The notes: a model not told the origin generated them from the sequence alone. A DNA stretch of 64,000 bases from Lama glama (GCA_028534125.1 CM052817.1:32800001-32864000); one strand, 5' to 3'. Positions 1 to 12,140 are shown, counted from the first letter of the stretch. Numbers and translations are program-made.

Positions 1-206
1 TGTTACGTTAACCAAAGAGGGAGAGAGCAAGAGAAAGCAGTTTAACCACTGCAGCGTTGCATCATAGGAGACTATCTCACTGTGAACATCCTGGATTTTA
101 TTTAAGATATTCATCTTTTTCAGATTTTGGCTCTGTTCTTTATAGGACATATGACCTTGGAGGAATTTTTAACGTGAAACTTTGTTTTCTCATTTATAAA
201 ATTGAA

Positions 207-706
207 TGGTGGTGAATTACAGATGGCCACAAATTCTTTGGCACTACTCCCACCTAAAGGTGGGCTCTGTGCTCCTTGCCCTTTAATCTGGGTGGGCTCT
301 GGCATGGACCAACAGATACAGCAGACGTGATGTGATGCTGTGCCAGTTTCCATGCATGGGCGTAAAGAGACTGACAGCTTTCACTTCCTTTCTTAGAATA
401 CTCCTCCTAAGGGAAGCCATGCTGTGAGGAAGCCTGAGCCAACCACACTGGGAGGCAGGGTAGACAGAGATGCTGGCTGGTCCCAGCTGTTCCCAGCCAT
501 TCCACCTGAAAGGCAGATATGACAGTGAAGACTCCATCTCAGATGTGCCCAGATGAGGCTTCAGCTGACTCCAGCTCCAGCTGCCATCAGACTGCAACAA
601 AACGAGAGACCCCAAGGGAACACTGCCCAGTTGAGTAGTCAGCCCACATAACTGTGAGCCACGAAGGTTTGGGGTGGTTTACCAAGTAGCAATGGAAAAC
701 TGCAAC
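207..706 (+). mobile_element. MaLR solo LTR, MLT1-like (approximate bounds)
   Basis: Motifs typical of MLT1 LTRs: 'atggccacaaattctttg', 'gccatgctgtgaggaagcc', and the 3' end 'tttggggtggttt...gcaatggaaaactgcaaca'. Subfamily not determined. Confidence 0.6.
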
Positions 707-2379
707 AGGAGGTAATGATGACTTCTACCTCATAGGACCGTCACAAAGGTAAAGGAGATTTTTGTTTGCTAAATCCCTAATCCACAGCCTGGAATAAAAC
801 AAGCCTTTAACATTTATCAATTCTCCTGTCCCTTCCCCTTCCTTTTTATTAATTCTATGAATTTCCAAGAAGGGGTAACTCTCAGCATCATCCTCTGAGG
901 CTGGGTGGGGTGGAGGTGGCCTATTTGCTAGATGTTTGGAATTTCAAGAACTTTTCTCCTCTTTCTTTCATTTCTGGTTCTTAAAGCACAGCCAGATCAT
1001 TCAGACCTAAAACAAGAATACCAAATTCAGCCTTTGTGCTTCAGACAGGAAAATCATAGGCTTGGTTCTGGCTCATGGTACTGAAAATCAAGAAGTTAAA
1101 ATGATTCAAAGCAAAATTCCTCTTGACAACTTTTATCATGTCTGTGTGTGTAAAAAGCAATTCAATAAAAACTTTAGACTACATAATAATTTTACCATGT
1201 AAGCATGGTCGAATTACAGGCTTTTTTGGTGGGGTAGGGGTTTAAAAGTACATGGTTACCTGTAATTATAGTCTTACTAAGTTTGATTTTATAGAACAGC
1301 AAAATTCAAGTTTGATTTAAACCATGCAGAAAAACAGAGTGCATTTTGGATGTACTCGTTTCCCTTCTGACTCAAATGGCTGAATTTCTTTCCTTCTTGT
1401 GACCTCCCTAGAAGTCAACCTTTCATTACGTTTCTTGTTAAGGTGTGTGTCTTGCTAATCACATTGTCCGTCCTAGAAGACTTGCTGCCAAGCAATTTGA
1501 GATTGCTCTTCTATTTCTCCCTTGAATTCTTGAAAACACCTAAACTGTGATCGGCCAGAGGGTTCATCTCAGCATCTGAGCTGTGTCAGAATCATAAATT
1601 CTGTCACATATCTGGTCAGTTAAGTCAAGGTTGGAAGGGGGAGTCAAACTAGATGCCTGACATGTGTAGAGAAGGAAATTGGTTTACTTTCCTTTTACGT
1701 TTCAACCTTTAATGTGGGTGTGGACCCAATACCACAGTGTTTGTTGTCTTATGCCTCTTGGGTAAAAGCTTCTGGAACATTAGGGGGCCCACAAGGTTAG
1801 AAGGGTGGGGGGACAGGCGGAGAGATGAGGGGATGGGGAGGTGGTCAGCCTGAGTGTTTGGTGACATTGTGCAGTCAGTTCCAGCTTATGGAATGTTGTT
1901 TGGATGGAGAATTCAGCCTACTATTGAAGATGTCTTTCCTTGGCAAGAATGTAAGGGGCTGGAGCTTGGGATTTTATGAGCACAAATTGACATCAAGTCA
2001 CTTAACTAATCTTGCCATTCCTTCTGACTAGAGACTAAGTGCAGACTAAGGTCCAGTTTCTGCCTCACAATCCAGTCAGTATCCAGAGACAGCGGGGCTG
2101 TTTCTTTCCTTTTCACAGCTCTTGGAGGAAGAAGTGCGACTGTGTGTAAGGAGCTAGAAAGCTTGTTCTATAATTACTTCTTGATTTGCCTCTGGGTGTG
2201 CTGTACATACACCCGATCGTTTGCGTGTTCACGTGAGCTTGTCAGAGGGTGGGTGTCGGTGAGTGTCACCCTCCTGACAAGAGCTAGAGCAAAAGGCGTG
2301 ACATTATTTCTCCCCAAAGTCAAAGTCACATTTTGGGGGGGTTGGGTAGGGGTCTTTGTTACTGATCACCATTGTGGCC

Positions 2380-3500
2380 AAATCTATGATCCGGGATGCC
2401 ACTCCGGATGCAACCAAGTCAGTGCAATCACGCCCCAAATTAAGGAGCCGGCCACCCGGACGGGCGACCCTGAGCGCTCACACCCTAGAGGCGCTGGCCT
2501 CCCGGGCGCGGTTCCCTGAGGGTGGGCAAGGCGGGGCTGACAGGTCAGTTGGCTGCAGGGAGTAGGCGGGCGGGCTGGGCAACCAGGCCGGTGCAGACGC
2601 CTGGGAATGCTAATGGGGGGCCGAGGCCGCGCCCTCCCGGGCAGGCAGGCGGACAAGGCCGGCAGGCTTCCCTGACGGCTGCTCCCGGACCGCGCCCCAT
2701 TTCCTGGAACACGAGGCGCCCACAACCCCGGAGCCACAGCATCTGCCCCGTGCCGGCGCAGCAGCTGCCCTCCCCGGCGCCCGCCATTGGCTGCGCGGTC
2801 GGCTCCGGCCCACACGTTGCCCACCTCCTGGGTCGGCTGCCCCATTTCCCTCGCGCCTCACGGGGCCCCGCGCTGGCTCCGGGCGACCCCAGGGGCGCGG
2901 CGCGCGCTGGTGGCGCCGGGGGCGGGGCCTCGCGCAGGGCGCCCCAGGATTGGCCGCGGGAGGCATGGGGCGGGGCCAGCCCCAGAGAAAACAGCGCGCG
3001 CGCAGCCCGGTGCTGTCCCAGCCGGGAGCCTGAGACCTTAAGAGCTGCACGCCGCGCGCGCTCCAGGGCAATTTTTTTTTTTTTAACCGCGGAGCCCCCT
3101 GCCGGGTCCAACTGCCCTCTCCCGCGCAGTGCAAGCCTCTCCCGTCGCTCTGGTCCCGTCCCTCGCGGTGCAGCCCCGGCCGAAGCGGCGATGCGCCTCA
3201 TTCAGAACATGTGCACCATCGCCGAGTACCCCGCCCCGGGCAGCGCAGCCGCTGCCGATTGCTGCCTGGGGGCGGCGGGCCGCCGCCTGGTCAAGATCGC
3301 CGTGGTGGGGGCCAGCGGTGTGGGTAAGACCGGTAAGTCCTTGAGCTCCGGCGAGAACCTGCTTATCTCCGGGGCTAGAGTTGGGCGGCCTCCTCTGGAA
3401 GTTGCGGTTAAATGAGGCATGGGGGAGAAATGGGAGCTGCAACAGGACCGCCCACCCTCTTCCGCTGATCCGCTGTCCCCCGGGGGGAACCCTAGCCGTC
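2380..3500. promoter_or_regulatory. CpG island / promoter of RASL11B
   Basis: Very GC- and CpG-dense stretch spanning exon 1. GC boxes GGGGCGGGG at 2919-2927 and 2967-2975, inverted CCAAT (ATTGG) at 2786-2790 and 2949-2953, TATA-like TTAAGAG at 3038-3044. Confidence 0.85.
3191..3332 (+). CDS. RASL11B: RASL11B coding exon 1 (Ras-like protein family member 11B)
   Basis: ATG at 3191 encodes [17 protein letters not shown]...[14 protein letters not shown], including the G1/P-loop. 142 nt, phase 1, donor CCG|GTAAGT. Matches the recalled RASL11B N-terminus. Confidence 0.97.
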
Positions 3501-3960
3501 ATCGTTTCCAACCCTCTCCTTCATCAGATGAGGGAAACAAACTGTGGTCCTGAATGGCCAGTCGACCCTCTACACCACCCGCACAACTGAGATTCGAATT
3601 TTTGGCTTCTTGAGCCTCTGACAGTGCAGCACACCGAAAGGGGAGTTAGTGAACGTAACCCCTCCTGGAGATCTTTAAGGTTAGGAAAGAGGAAGGTGTG
3701 GCTCGGCCGGGCTCAAAGGATGGGGGTGGGCCAAATGACCCTTCCAGCTGGACATAGCCATAATTCATGATGCCTTCTGGCCCCCTCTCCGTTGTGTCTG
3801 GAAGAAGGGTCAAGGAGCTAGCTGCACTGTAGGAATTTCACTTGGTGGCCGACTGGCTTTCTGGGAGAGAGTTATTTTTCAGGCTGGGGGTGGGGTAGAG
3901 ACCAATCTAGCTTCTTGTATCAAGGTTAACCCTCTTCCCTTTCTCTTTTCTGACCTGCAG

Positions 3961-4017
3961 CTCTGGTGGTCCGGTTCCTCACCAAACGATTCATCGGTGA
4001 CTATGAAAGGAATGCAG
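3961..4017 (+). CDS. RASL11B: RASL11B coding exon 2
   Basis: Polypyrimidine tract and ctgcag| acceptor. 57 nt encoding (A)LVVRFLTKRFIGDYERNA(G). Donor CAG|GTGAGG. Confidence 0.96.
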
Positions 4018-5179
4018 GTGAGGAAAGTATTTGAAGAAAATGCTGTCAGCTTGCACCAGTACTGCTGTTCCCAATTTTTTAGTATCTGCCAGGCAGGTTC
4101 TTCAGAGTGACAGTCTGAGCACCAGGATCCTGCCACTTCCAATTTTGCTTGCCCTCTCCCGTGCTCCCAGCACCCACCCCCCAACCTGCCATCTGGCCTC
4201 ATTCCATTCCAAGCCCATTCATCATTTTATCAAGTGCCTGAAAGTATTCCTCTTGGTATGTTTTAACTATAGGGACCCCGGTTGGAAGCACCCTTTGTAC
4301 TCAAGAGCCTCTCCCTTCAAAACACTCCAGCAAAAGTCATAAAAAAAAAAAAAAAAAAGATGGCCGGCTCCTCCCCCCAACCAGTCACCCTCTCTGCTGG
4401 CTGCCTTTCAGAGATGACCTTTTAATGCAAAGGCCAAAGGAGAGGGGTTGTAAACCTAACATTCTCTTTTCTTAACAAAGAAAAATAACTAGATGGTAAA
4501 ATTTTAGGGGGAGAGTTCCTGCATAAATGAGAGGCCACTATTTTTCAATCCCTGTGATTAAGAATATCCACTGGGAAGATATAAGGGCTTTCTGCCTATG
4601 CTCTGTTAGCAAATTGTTTAATTCCTTAGGCCACATGAAGTACCTACAGGGGATTATTTGAAACGCGCTATATAAACCATCCCAAGATAAGGCATAGCAG
4701 CCTTTTGCTTTGATGTAGAGTTGGCTATGTTATGTCACATTTTTATTCCTACTGATAATGTTGGCCTTGCATTCACTAATAATATTTGCCCACCAAGCCA
4801 TTATATCTAATGGCTAAAATAGAAATTTATGCCAAAGAGTGACAAGTACTAAAAATAAAACAGAAACCCTACACATGCTGAACAAGAACATTTTTTTTGA
4901 GGAAATTCTCTAAACATAGAAGCTTGGTTTAAAATTAGACAACTAAGTTTCCAAAAACTTACAAGTTTTGTCCTAGTTTTAATAAATCTGCTAATACGGG
5001 GTAAAAATTGCATTTGTTTGAAAATAAAATCTGAAATAAGCCCATTAAATAGAATAAACTATAGCTTATTTTTGTGTACTGGTTCAGGTTATATTTTCTA
5101 AGTTAAAAAAAATCCCACAATATTTTAAAAGTAACAAGAAGGAAGAACATAATTTTTTTTTTTTTTTTTGCCTTCACAG

Positions 5180-5256
5180 GTAATCTCTATACAAGACAAG
5201 TCCAAATAGAGGGTGAAACCTTGGCTATTCAGGTTCAAGACACTCCAGGTATTCAG
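5180..5256 (+). CDS. RASL11B: RASL11B coding exon 3
   Basis: Long poly-T tract and cacag| acceptor. 77 nt encoding (G)[25 protein letters not shown], including G3 DxxG. Donor CAG|GTGAGA. Confidence 0.96.
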
Positions 5257-5668
5257 GTGAGAAGCTCTGAGACATGCGTCTAGGTCAAGGGGAGTCTGCT
5301 TGGTCGTGGAATTGTTCAGTTGTTTTCAAAGTACCTCATGCTGAAGGAGGAGAGAAACTTGGGGAGTCAAGTCCAGGCTTTTATATGTTGACACTTCAGT
5401 CATATGTGACTGTTGGTCAGTCTTAGCCTGGCTTAATTTGGGAGATTTGGCCACGGGGCAGAAATCTTCTCTTAGGAGGGTTCTACCCAGCAGAGAGACC
5501 AAACCAGACACACTTGGAATTCACAAAATGCCCTTGCTATGGTTAAAAAGGTCAGTTTTTGCATTTGTGCTTTTGGCATTCGAAATCAAACATCTAGGTA
5601 TAGTCTCCAAACACTTGGAATCACTTTTATATTGTGGAAAGTTACTCTATAGACAAAGAGCCATGCTA

Positions 5669-5688
5669 GTGTGTGTGTGTGTGTGTGT
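5669..5688. repeat. (GT)n microsatellite in RASL11B intron 3
   Basis: Read directly from sequence. Confidence 0.9.
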
Positions 5689-6028
5689 TTCCCTCTGGAA
5701 CTGGGCAGTTATCCAGGTTTAAATGCTTCCAGCTCCTATCTTTACTTCCCCAGACTTACTGTCTAGCCAGTTAATTTCCCATTTTGTGCAACTACAAAGT
5801 CGCTCTGCATGGAGTTCTCTGCAGGTCAGTTTTCCACTTGAGTGTGGTGAGCTGCTCTGTTATTTATTCCAACTCCGTGCAGCTGGATCAACATATTGTC
5901 AAGAAAGCTGAAGTGCAGGGGGATAGAACTTGTTTATGGCCTGCAACCTGGCGTTCCTGTTAAGGGCTCTTTTGAGTTCTCTCTCTCCAGCCCTCGCCCT
6001 TCACCTTGGCATCAACCCTCCCTTTCAG

Positions 6029-6499
6029 GTCCACGAGAACGGCCTGAGCTGCACTGAACAGCTGAATAGGTGCATCCGCTGGGCCGACGCCGTGGTGATT
6101 GTCTTCTCCATCACCGACTACAAGAGCTATGAACTCACCAGCCAGCTCCACCAGCACGTGCAGCAGCTGCACCTGGGCACCCGGCTCCCTGTGGTGGTTG
6201 TGGCCAACAAAGCTGACCTGCTGCACATCAAGCAGGTGGACCCTCAGCTCGGACTGCAGCTGGCCAGCATGCTGGGCTGCTCCTTCTATGAAGTGTCCGT
6301 CAGCGAGAATGACAACGATGTCTACAATGCTTTCCACGTCCTGTGCAAAGAAGTGAGTCACAAACAGCAGCCCAGCAGCACGCCGGAGAAGCGACGGACC
6401 TCCCTCATCCCCAGGCCCAAGTCCCCCAACATGCAGGACCTGAAGAGGAGGTTCAAGCAAGCCCTCTCCGCCAAAGTCAGGACCGTCACTTCCGTCTGA
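6029..6499 (+). CDS. RASL11B: RASL11B coding exon 4 (terminal)
   Basis: tttcag| acceptor. 471 nt encoding VHENGLSC...NKAD (G4)...EVSVSE (G5)...[12 protein letters not shown]. Exons sum to 142+57+77+471 = 747 nt = 248 aa plus stop. Confidence 0.97.
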   Translation, partial: VHENGLSCTEQLNRCIRWADAVVIVFSITDYKSYELTSQLHQHVQQLHLGTRLPVVVVANKADLLHIKQVDPQLGLQLASMLGCSFYEVSVSENDNDVYNAFHVLCKEVSHKQQPSSTPEKRRTSLIPRPKSPNMQDLKRRFKQALSAKVRTVTSV

Positions 6500-7540
6500 G
6501 GCAGGGGCGCTTAAGGGGGTTTGGTTTTCCCAGGAAGAGGCCCGAGGTTCTTCCAGAGCGGGAACATTGGATGCTGGCAGTTATTCATGGTTCCAGAAAG
6601 GGCTGAAGCGGAGAAGCTAGGAGGGCCAGGAGGGCCAGGAGGGCCAATGGAACTGCTGCAGGAGAGGAAGCGTTGTCTTGAGCAGGGGGACAGAATTGAA
6701 GGGCTTGAACGAGCTCACTGAGCCAGCCCCTGAATATGTGACATGTCTCCCACATCTTTCCTTTGCAGTGGGGAGGGGGCACGATGGCTTCAGATTTTGT
6801 TAACTACCTTGTAAATGATGGTCAGTTGTAGATTCACCAGATATATTGATGTGATTTACAATGGGAATGAAAGAACAGTTAAGCATTCACAGGCTTTCTT
6901 CTTCTTTTTTTTTTTTTCTTCTTTTTTTTTTCCTTCCTCTCTCAAGTGGAAGAATTGCTTTTCTCATCCAAGTATGATGTGTGTGTCTGGAATACTTTTC
7001 CTTATAGAATGCCTTTCTAACCTGAAGGATACCCAGATTTCTTTGTTAAAGAATAAGGAGGAAGATACGACCCCGACCCCTAAAAAGGGTGGAGTTTATG
7101 GGCCAAACGTTATATATACAGACATGTGTAAGCTTATGGGCCTACAGGAAGGCGCCGTTTCCTCCCGTCCCGGGATGAGTCTCGGAGTGGGGGATGTGTT
7201 GAGTGGTTGAGAATTCAAACTCTTCAGCCTCAGACTTTGAGTAATTGTGAGACTGTATAGTTTTCTTTTAACTGTTGTATCAGGTATAGAAAAACAAAAT
7301 GTGTCCATTGATTTTGGTGTGATTTGTGTAAATAGCTCCCAGCAATGACATTGGGTTGTTTCTCCACTTGGCTGAGTTGTAGCTTAAAGACGGAAACAAT
7401 ATCTTACAGCGAGTGAACAGATGTGGGGGCAACCGCCAAATCCCCTACACGGATGCACTTTAAAAAGCCACTCATGCTTTGGCTTTAACTGTAATTAATT
7501 TATTTTACGTACAATAAATCTCATTTGAAAAGAGCAGACG
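6500..7540 (+). other. RASL11B: RASL11B 3' UTR (end approximate)
   Basis: Runs from the stop codon to just past the AATAAA at 7513-7518. Contains an (AGGAGGGCC)x3 repeat at 6619-6646 and a U-rich tract at about 6895-6940. Confidence 0.7.
7513..7518 (+). terminator. Probable RASL11B polyadenylation signal
   Basis: AATAAA about 1 kb after the stop codon, preceded by an AU-rich segment. Confidence 0.7.
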
Positions 7541-7820
7541 TCTGACTTGGTCCTGATTGAGACATTCACCTTCTGTCCTTCAGACACAGTATTTCTCAGC
7601 ACCTTGTATTTCTTGAGCACGTCGAGTCAGGCATGATGCCTTCCTAGGACTAGCTCTTAAGTCTCACAACAAACCAATGAGGTGCTTTCTATTATCATCC
7701 TCATTTTACAGATGAGGACACAGGCGTGAAAACAAGTGAAACAACTTGTCAGAAGTCCCAGCCTGTGAGTGTTATAAGCTGTAATTTGTCTGCTGCTTTA
7801 TAGTCACAAGTAGCACATCT

Positions 7821-7901
7821 GCGGGGGCGGGGGGGTGTAGCTCAGTGCCCAAGGTCCTGGGTTCAATCCCCAGTGCCTCCATTAAAGGCGGGGAAAAAGA
7901 C
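7821..7901 (+). mobile_element. tRNA-Ala-derived SINE (camelid vic-1-like), internally deleted
   Basis: GGGGGTGTAGCTCAGT...GGTTCAATCCCCAGTGCCTCCA with A-rich tail. Target-site duplication (TSD) ta(g/a)cacatct at 7811 and 7902. Confidence 0.75.
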
Positions 7902-10900
7902 TAACACATCTATTCATTTCCCTCACGATCCTCCAGGTAAACCTAAGACAAATGTCTGGTTCTGTGTTTTATGCTGATACGAGATCTCTTGGCGAAGCCG
8001 TTTGAAGACCATGTTTCTCCACAAGATGATTGCTTCTCGATACGGGCTCTATTTGGCAAATAATCTTTGGGTATGCTGCTTTCAAAAAGTGTACTTTGCT
8101 CTCCTTTTGTAGAAGCTCATAGCTGTTGATCTGGGGCTGTTCGGGAACCCCTCCCATGAAGCTCCTGCCCCAAGTGTAAATGCGAAGACTCCTGGGCCTC
8201 TCGTCTGCTTCCTTTGGGCCTGGGAGACCCTTCATACAGGCGAAGTGAGTCACCACCCTTATGGGCAAATAATCACACCTTACATTTGTTTGAATAGTGC
8301 TTTCACATACCTGACGTCATTTCATCCTCAGGACAACCCGGTGAGGATGGTGGGGGAGGTAACACCACCATTTCACAGATGAGAAAAACAGGCTCTGGGC
8401 TTTGAGTGATAGCTTCAAGTTCACACAAAGGGCATGAATCAATGGCTTCCGACTGTATTTGGTGTTCTTAGTCCTTTATAATAGCTCATATATAGGCTAC
8501 TGCTGCCTATGTGGGGCCATGCAGCCAAAGGAAACGGCCATAATGAATAGTTATTGAGGGCCTATTATGGGACGGTGTCAGACTTCCAAATCTGTTTTCC
8601 CACGGGGTAAATGCCCTGTTTGCTCTTGACAGGCCTTCTGGTGATGTTCCAGACCTTCCTTACACAGAGGGCAATTTTCTACCTCCAAGCCTAACCTAAC
8701 CTTTGAGAATGGGCTATGTGTTGGGGGCAGGGAGGGAACGGTGCTAACATGAGATGCTAACGACATTTCATTCCAAAGGCAGTGACAAGGATCTCCAACT
8801 AGATTCTGCTTGTGTTGGTCTTTACTTATGCTACATGGTTTTTAATGTCCAGTGAGTGAGAGGTTCATCTTGAGATACTGAACAATGGTCTTCTGCTCAT
8901 GCTCTGGGATTAAAGAAGGTAACTTTTCTGGGGGCTTCATCTTGCAAAGGTGATAAGCAGCACAGGACATCCATTTCTGAGTGACACACTGCTTCCTCCC
9001 TCCCCTTTCCACCTGCACCACGAGTCTGCAGAATCCCCGCCCCCACCAAAGCCTCTCCTCCTCCCTTGCAAGCTGCCCTTACTGACCCCCTGGTGTCTCT
9101 CAGTCACCCCCCACTACCCTGGTCTCTCATACTTCATCTTAGAAGTCTGGGGTGGGATGGTCTCAGAGCCCTAGTGCTCCCGGTCTCCCCCCGGGTATAA
9201 AGTGGTTTATTGGAGGCCACTCTGGGAGAAAGAGAGACTTCCAGCTGGAAGCCACCCAAGTCCCAGTTCAGTCCACTGTCCCAGGCTGACTTGACTATTT
9301 ATAGTTCTAGAATACACCACGTTTTCTTCTCTTCTCATGAATTTAGCTTCATTATTTCATGACTTTTGTTCATCTCTTTCATTACATCTCTTAATCCCTC
9401 TCTTTTAAATTTCTGAACTACAATCATAGGGCATGAAAAATGGTCCCCTCCCACCTAGGTAGGGAATGCCTCCTTTGCCACCTGGGTAAGGGAAGGGAGG
9501 GGTGTGTGTGTGTGTGTGTATGTTTGTTGAGGCGCGCAGGGGAGTAGATAAAGGAATCAGAATTTATTGAGCATTTACAATGTGCAATTATAATTTAAAT
9601 TATTTTATAGATTATAATCTACCTCCTTTAATCTTTTGAAGAAAGGAAGGTAATACTACCACTTCCAGTTTAAAGATGAGAAAACTAAGGCTCAGAGAGA
9701 GTTCACACAGGCAATAACAATCGCTTTCTTTTGATTGAAAACCTACATGCCAGGCACTATAGGGGGTGTTTGAAATAACTTCCATTCTCCACACCAAACC
9801 CACAATCCATCTTTAGTTCCTTCTACAGATGCAGAGAAGGGAGGCTCAGAAGGACAAAGTACTGGTCCAGCTCCTAAGTGGCAGATTCAAGACTCCACCT
9901 AGGTCTGCCTGATGCCACAATCCAGACGTCGGGCTTTTGGCCCACCCTTCACAGCTCTGACTCCTCTGAGCAAAGCCCCCACATCCCCTGTCTTGCAGAT
10001 GCTGGCCCTCCCTGCCCTGGCCCGTGCTCCCTGTCAGGCTTTCCTCAATCTCTCTGTTGCTGCCCTGGGCCTGGCCCCAGACCCGCCTGGCTGCCACGGC
10101 CACATCTGCTCTTGCCATCAGCCGGCTGCTCCCCGGCCTCCAGTCCCAGCTCAGTAATAAAGACGTCCAGGCTGGGGCGGGGGCCCAGAACAGCCCACAG
10201 CCCGTCTGCCTCAGCACCGGATCCTTGTCTGTCGTGATGTCTGGCTTTCGAGTTTCCTCCCTGCTGCAAATCAAAACCATCCGCATACTCTGCAGCCAGC
10301 CTGGCGCTGTGCCGTGAGCAGCGATGGCTAAAAGCCCCTGGCTTCGGTCTCCCCATCAGCTCCCCGCCACCGCCCCGCCTCCAGCCCCAGGTCCAGGAGC
10401 TGCAGGCCTATCTATAGGGAGCCCCTTGTTCTGGTGAAAAATGGGATTTCGACATTCATTTTACACTCCCTGTGAGGGAGAAAGCAGATGTGTTTTCTGG
10501 ACAAAGGCACAAAGTTGTAGGCAAATCCCTTAGGAATGAGCAGTTGGGTAACTCCTGGTCCTAGGTCTGTACTGGTGGGGGATGGGGCTGCCCTGCCGAG
10601 TCTCTGCCGGTAAGTCAAGACAGAGCGCTTGGAAAAGGCCACGAAGGAATTACAGAGCTTTATTTATTACAATGAATAACCCAGGAGAACTAGAGTTTTC
10701 TGCACCCCCTTTAGAATCTAAAGAGAGAATCTTCCAGAAAGTTCTTACTGTCCTCATTACTCTCCTAATTTGATGAGAAGAGAACAGGATCAGGGTTATT
10801 ACTGATTGTGGCAAGATCCCAGCAACCATCCCCCACTCTCCCTTCTCAAATACCCTCCATCATCTGGTTTTGTCTTTTAAAACCCCTTTGAAAATAGAGA

Positions 10901-11675
10901 TGGAGTTTCTCTTAACGTTTCTTGGGCAGCAATGGCAGGCGACATTTGTAATATTTGCTGTTGGGATTCTGTTTCTGGTAACCGGGGTTAAGTAAATAAT
11001 AGTAGTCTTGCGGTGAGCTTGGTGGAATTCCTGGTTATTGGGATAACACTGTAATGGAGGGGGCCCTGGGGTACACAGAGCCATACCATAGGCCCCGGCC
11101 TTCCCTCAGGGGACACCCCTTAGCTGCCGCAGATCTCCAGCACCCCCGGGGCACTTCCACACACTTTTCAGTGACCGCTGTGTTTGCCGGGAAGCGGACT
11201 CTAAAAGGAGGCTTTACGAAGGTGGAAGTAAATTGCTAAGGAGTTTTTCATCTCCATCAATTGTGTTTATCAAGAGTGGCCTGTGAGATCCTTAGCAGGA
11301 GGCTTACATTTGCATGTGATGGTTTTGGCTCCCGCCAGCCAGGGTTTCAGCAGTAAACACTCTGACCCAGGCTGGGAGAGGAGAAATCCGCACTTACCAC
11401 TCAGCTCAGTCTTTTAAGTCGGCTGCAGGTGGCTGGCCTCTGGTAGGGGGAGAATCCCTTTAGAACTGGCACATGGCTGAGGCTGAAATGGTAAGTCAGG
11501 GGTCAGTCTCAGAATCCACGTAACTATTTTGTGGCTAACGCTAGTGATGGACAAAGTTCTATCAGGGAGTGGGCTCCGCATGGACAATCATTCGACATTA
11601 ACTACCGGAAATGGTGACACTTCGTAGCCAGCTTGCCAAGTGCCATGTTACAAGTGCTTTACATGTATTGTCTTT

Positions 11676-12140
11676 TAAAAAATATATATGTATTTATTAA
11701 AGTACAGTCAGTTTACAATGTTGTGTCAATTTCTGGTATACAGCATAATGTTTCAGTCATACATGAGCATACATATATTCATTTTCATATTCTTTTCACC
11801 ATAAGTTACTACAAGATATTGAATATCGTTCCCTGTGCTATACAGTATGAACTTGTTTATCTATTTTATATGTATTAGTATATGCAAATCTCAAACTCCC
11901 AGTTTATCCTTTCCCACCTCCTTTCCCCACTGGTAACCATATGTTTGTTTTCTATGTCTGTGAGTCTGTTTCTGTTTTGTAAATAAGTTCATTTGTCTTT
12001 TTTTTCAATTCCACATATAAATGATATCATATTGTATTTTTCTTTCTCTTTTTGCCTTACTTCACTTAGAATGACGATCTCCAGGTCCATTCATGTTGCT
12101 GCAAATGGCATTACTTTATTATTTTTTATAGCTGAGTAAT
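11676..12140 (-). mobile_element. L1 3'-end fragment (5' truncated) inserted in a MIR
   Basis: Reverse-strand L1 3' UTR ('gtttacaatgttgtgtcaatttctggtatacagc...ttcacttagaatgacgatctccaggtccattcatgttgctgcaaatggc'). MIR-like sequence on both sides. Confidence 0.85.

Noticed and set aside
2522..3190. 297-aa ORF in frame with the RASL11B ATG (possible N-terminal extension)
   Set aside because: It starts at GTG far upstream of the likely TSS. Stop codons are rare in GC-rich DNA, and I saw no in-frame CTG or GTG in the probable 5' UTR.
2384..3511. Several overlapping minus-strand ORFs in the CpG island
   Set aside because: Low-complexity Ala/Arg/Gly/Pro translations typical of CpG islands, with no recognisable domain.
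5930..6028. N-terminal part of the 189-aa ORF 5930-6499
   Set aside because: Intron 3 sequence upstream of the tttcag acceptor. It is only incidentally open.
5960..6460. 166-aa antisense ORF
   Set aside because: Shadow ORF of the GC3-rich RASL11B exon 4.
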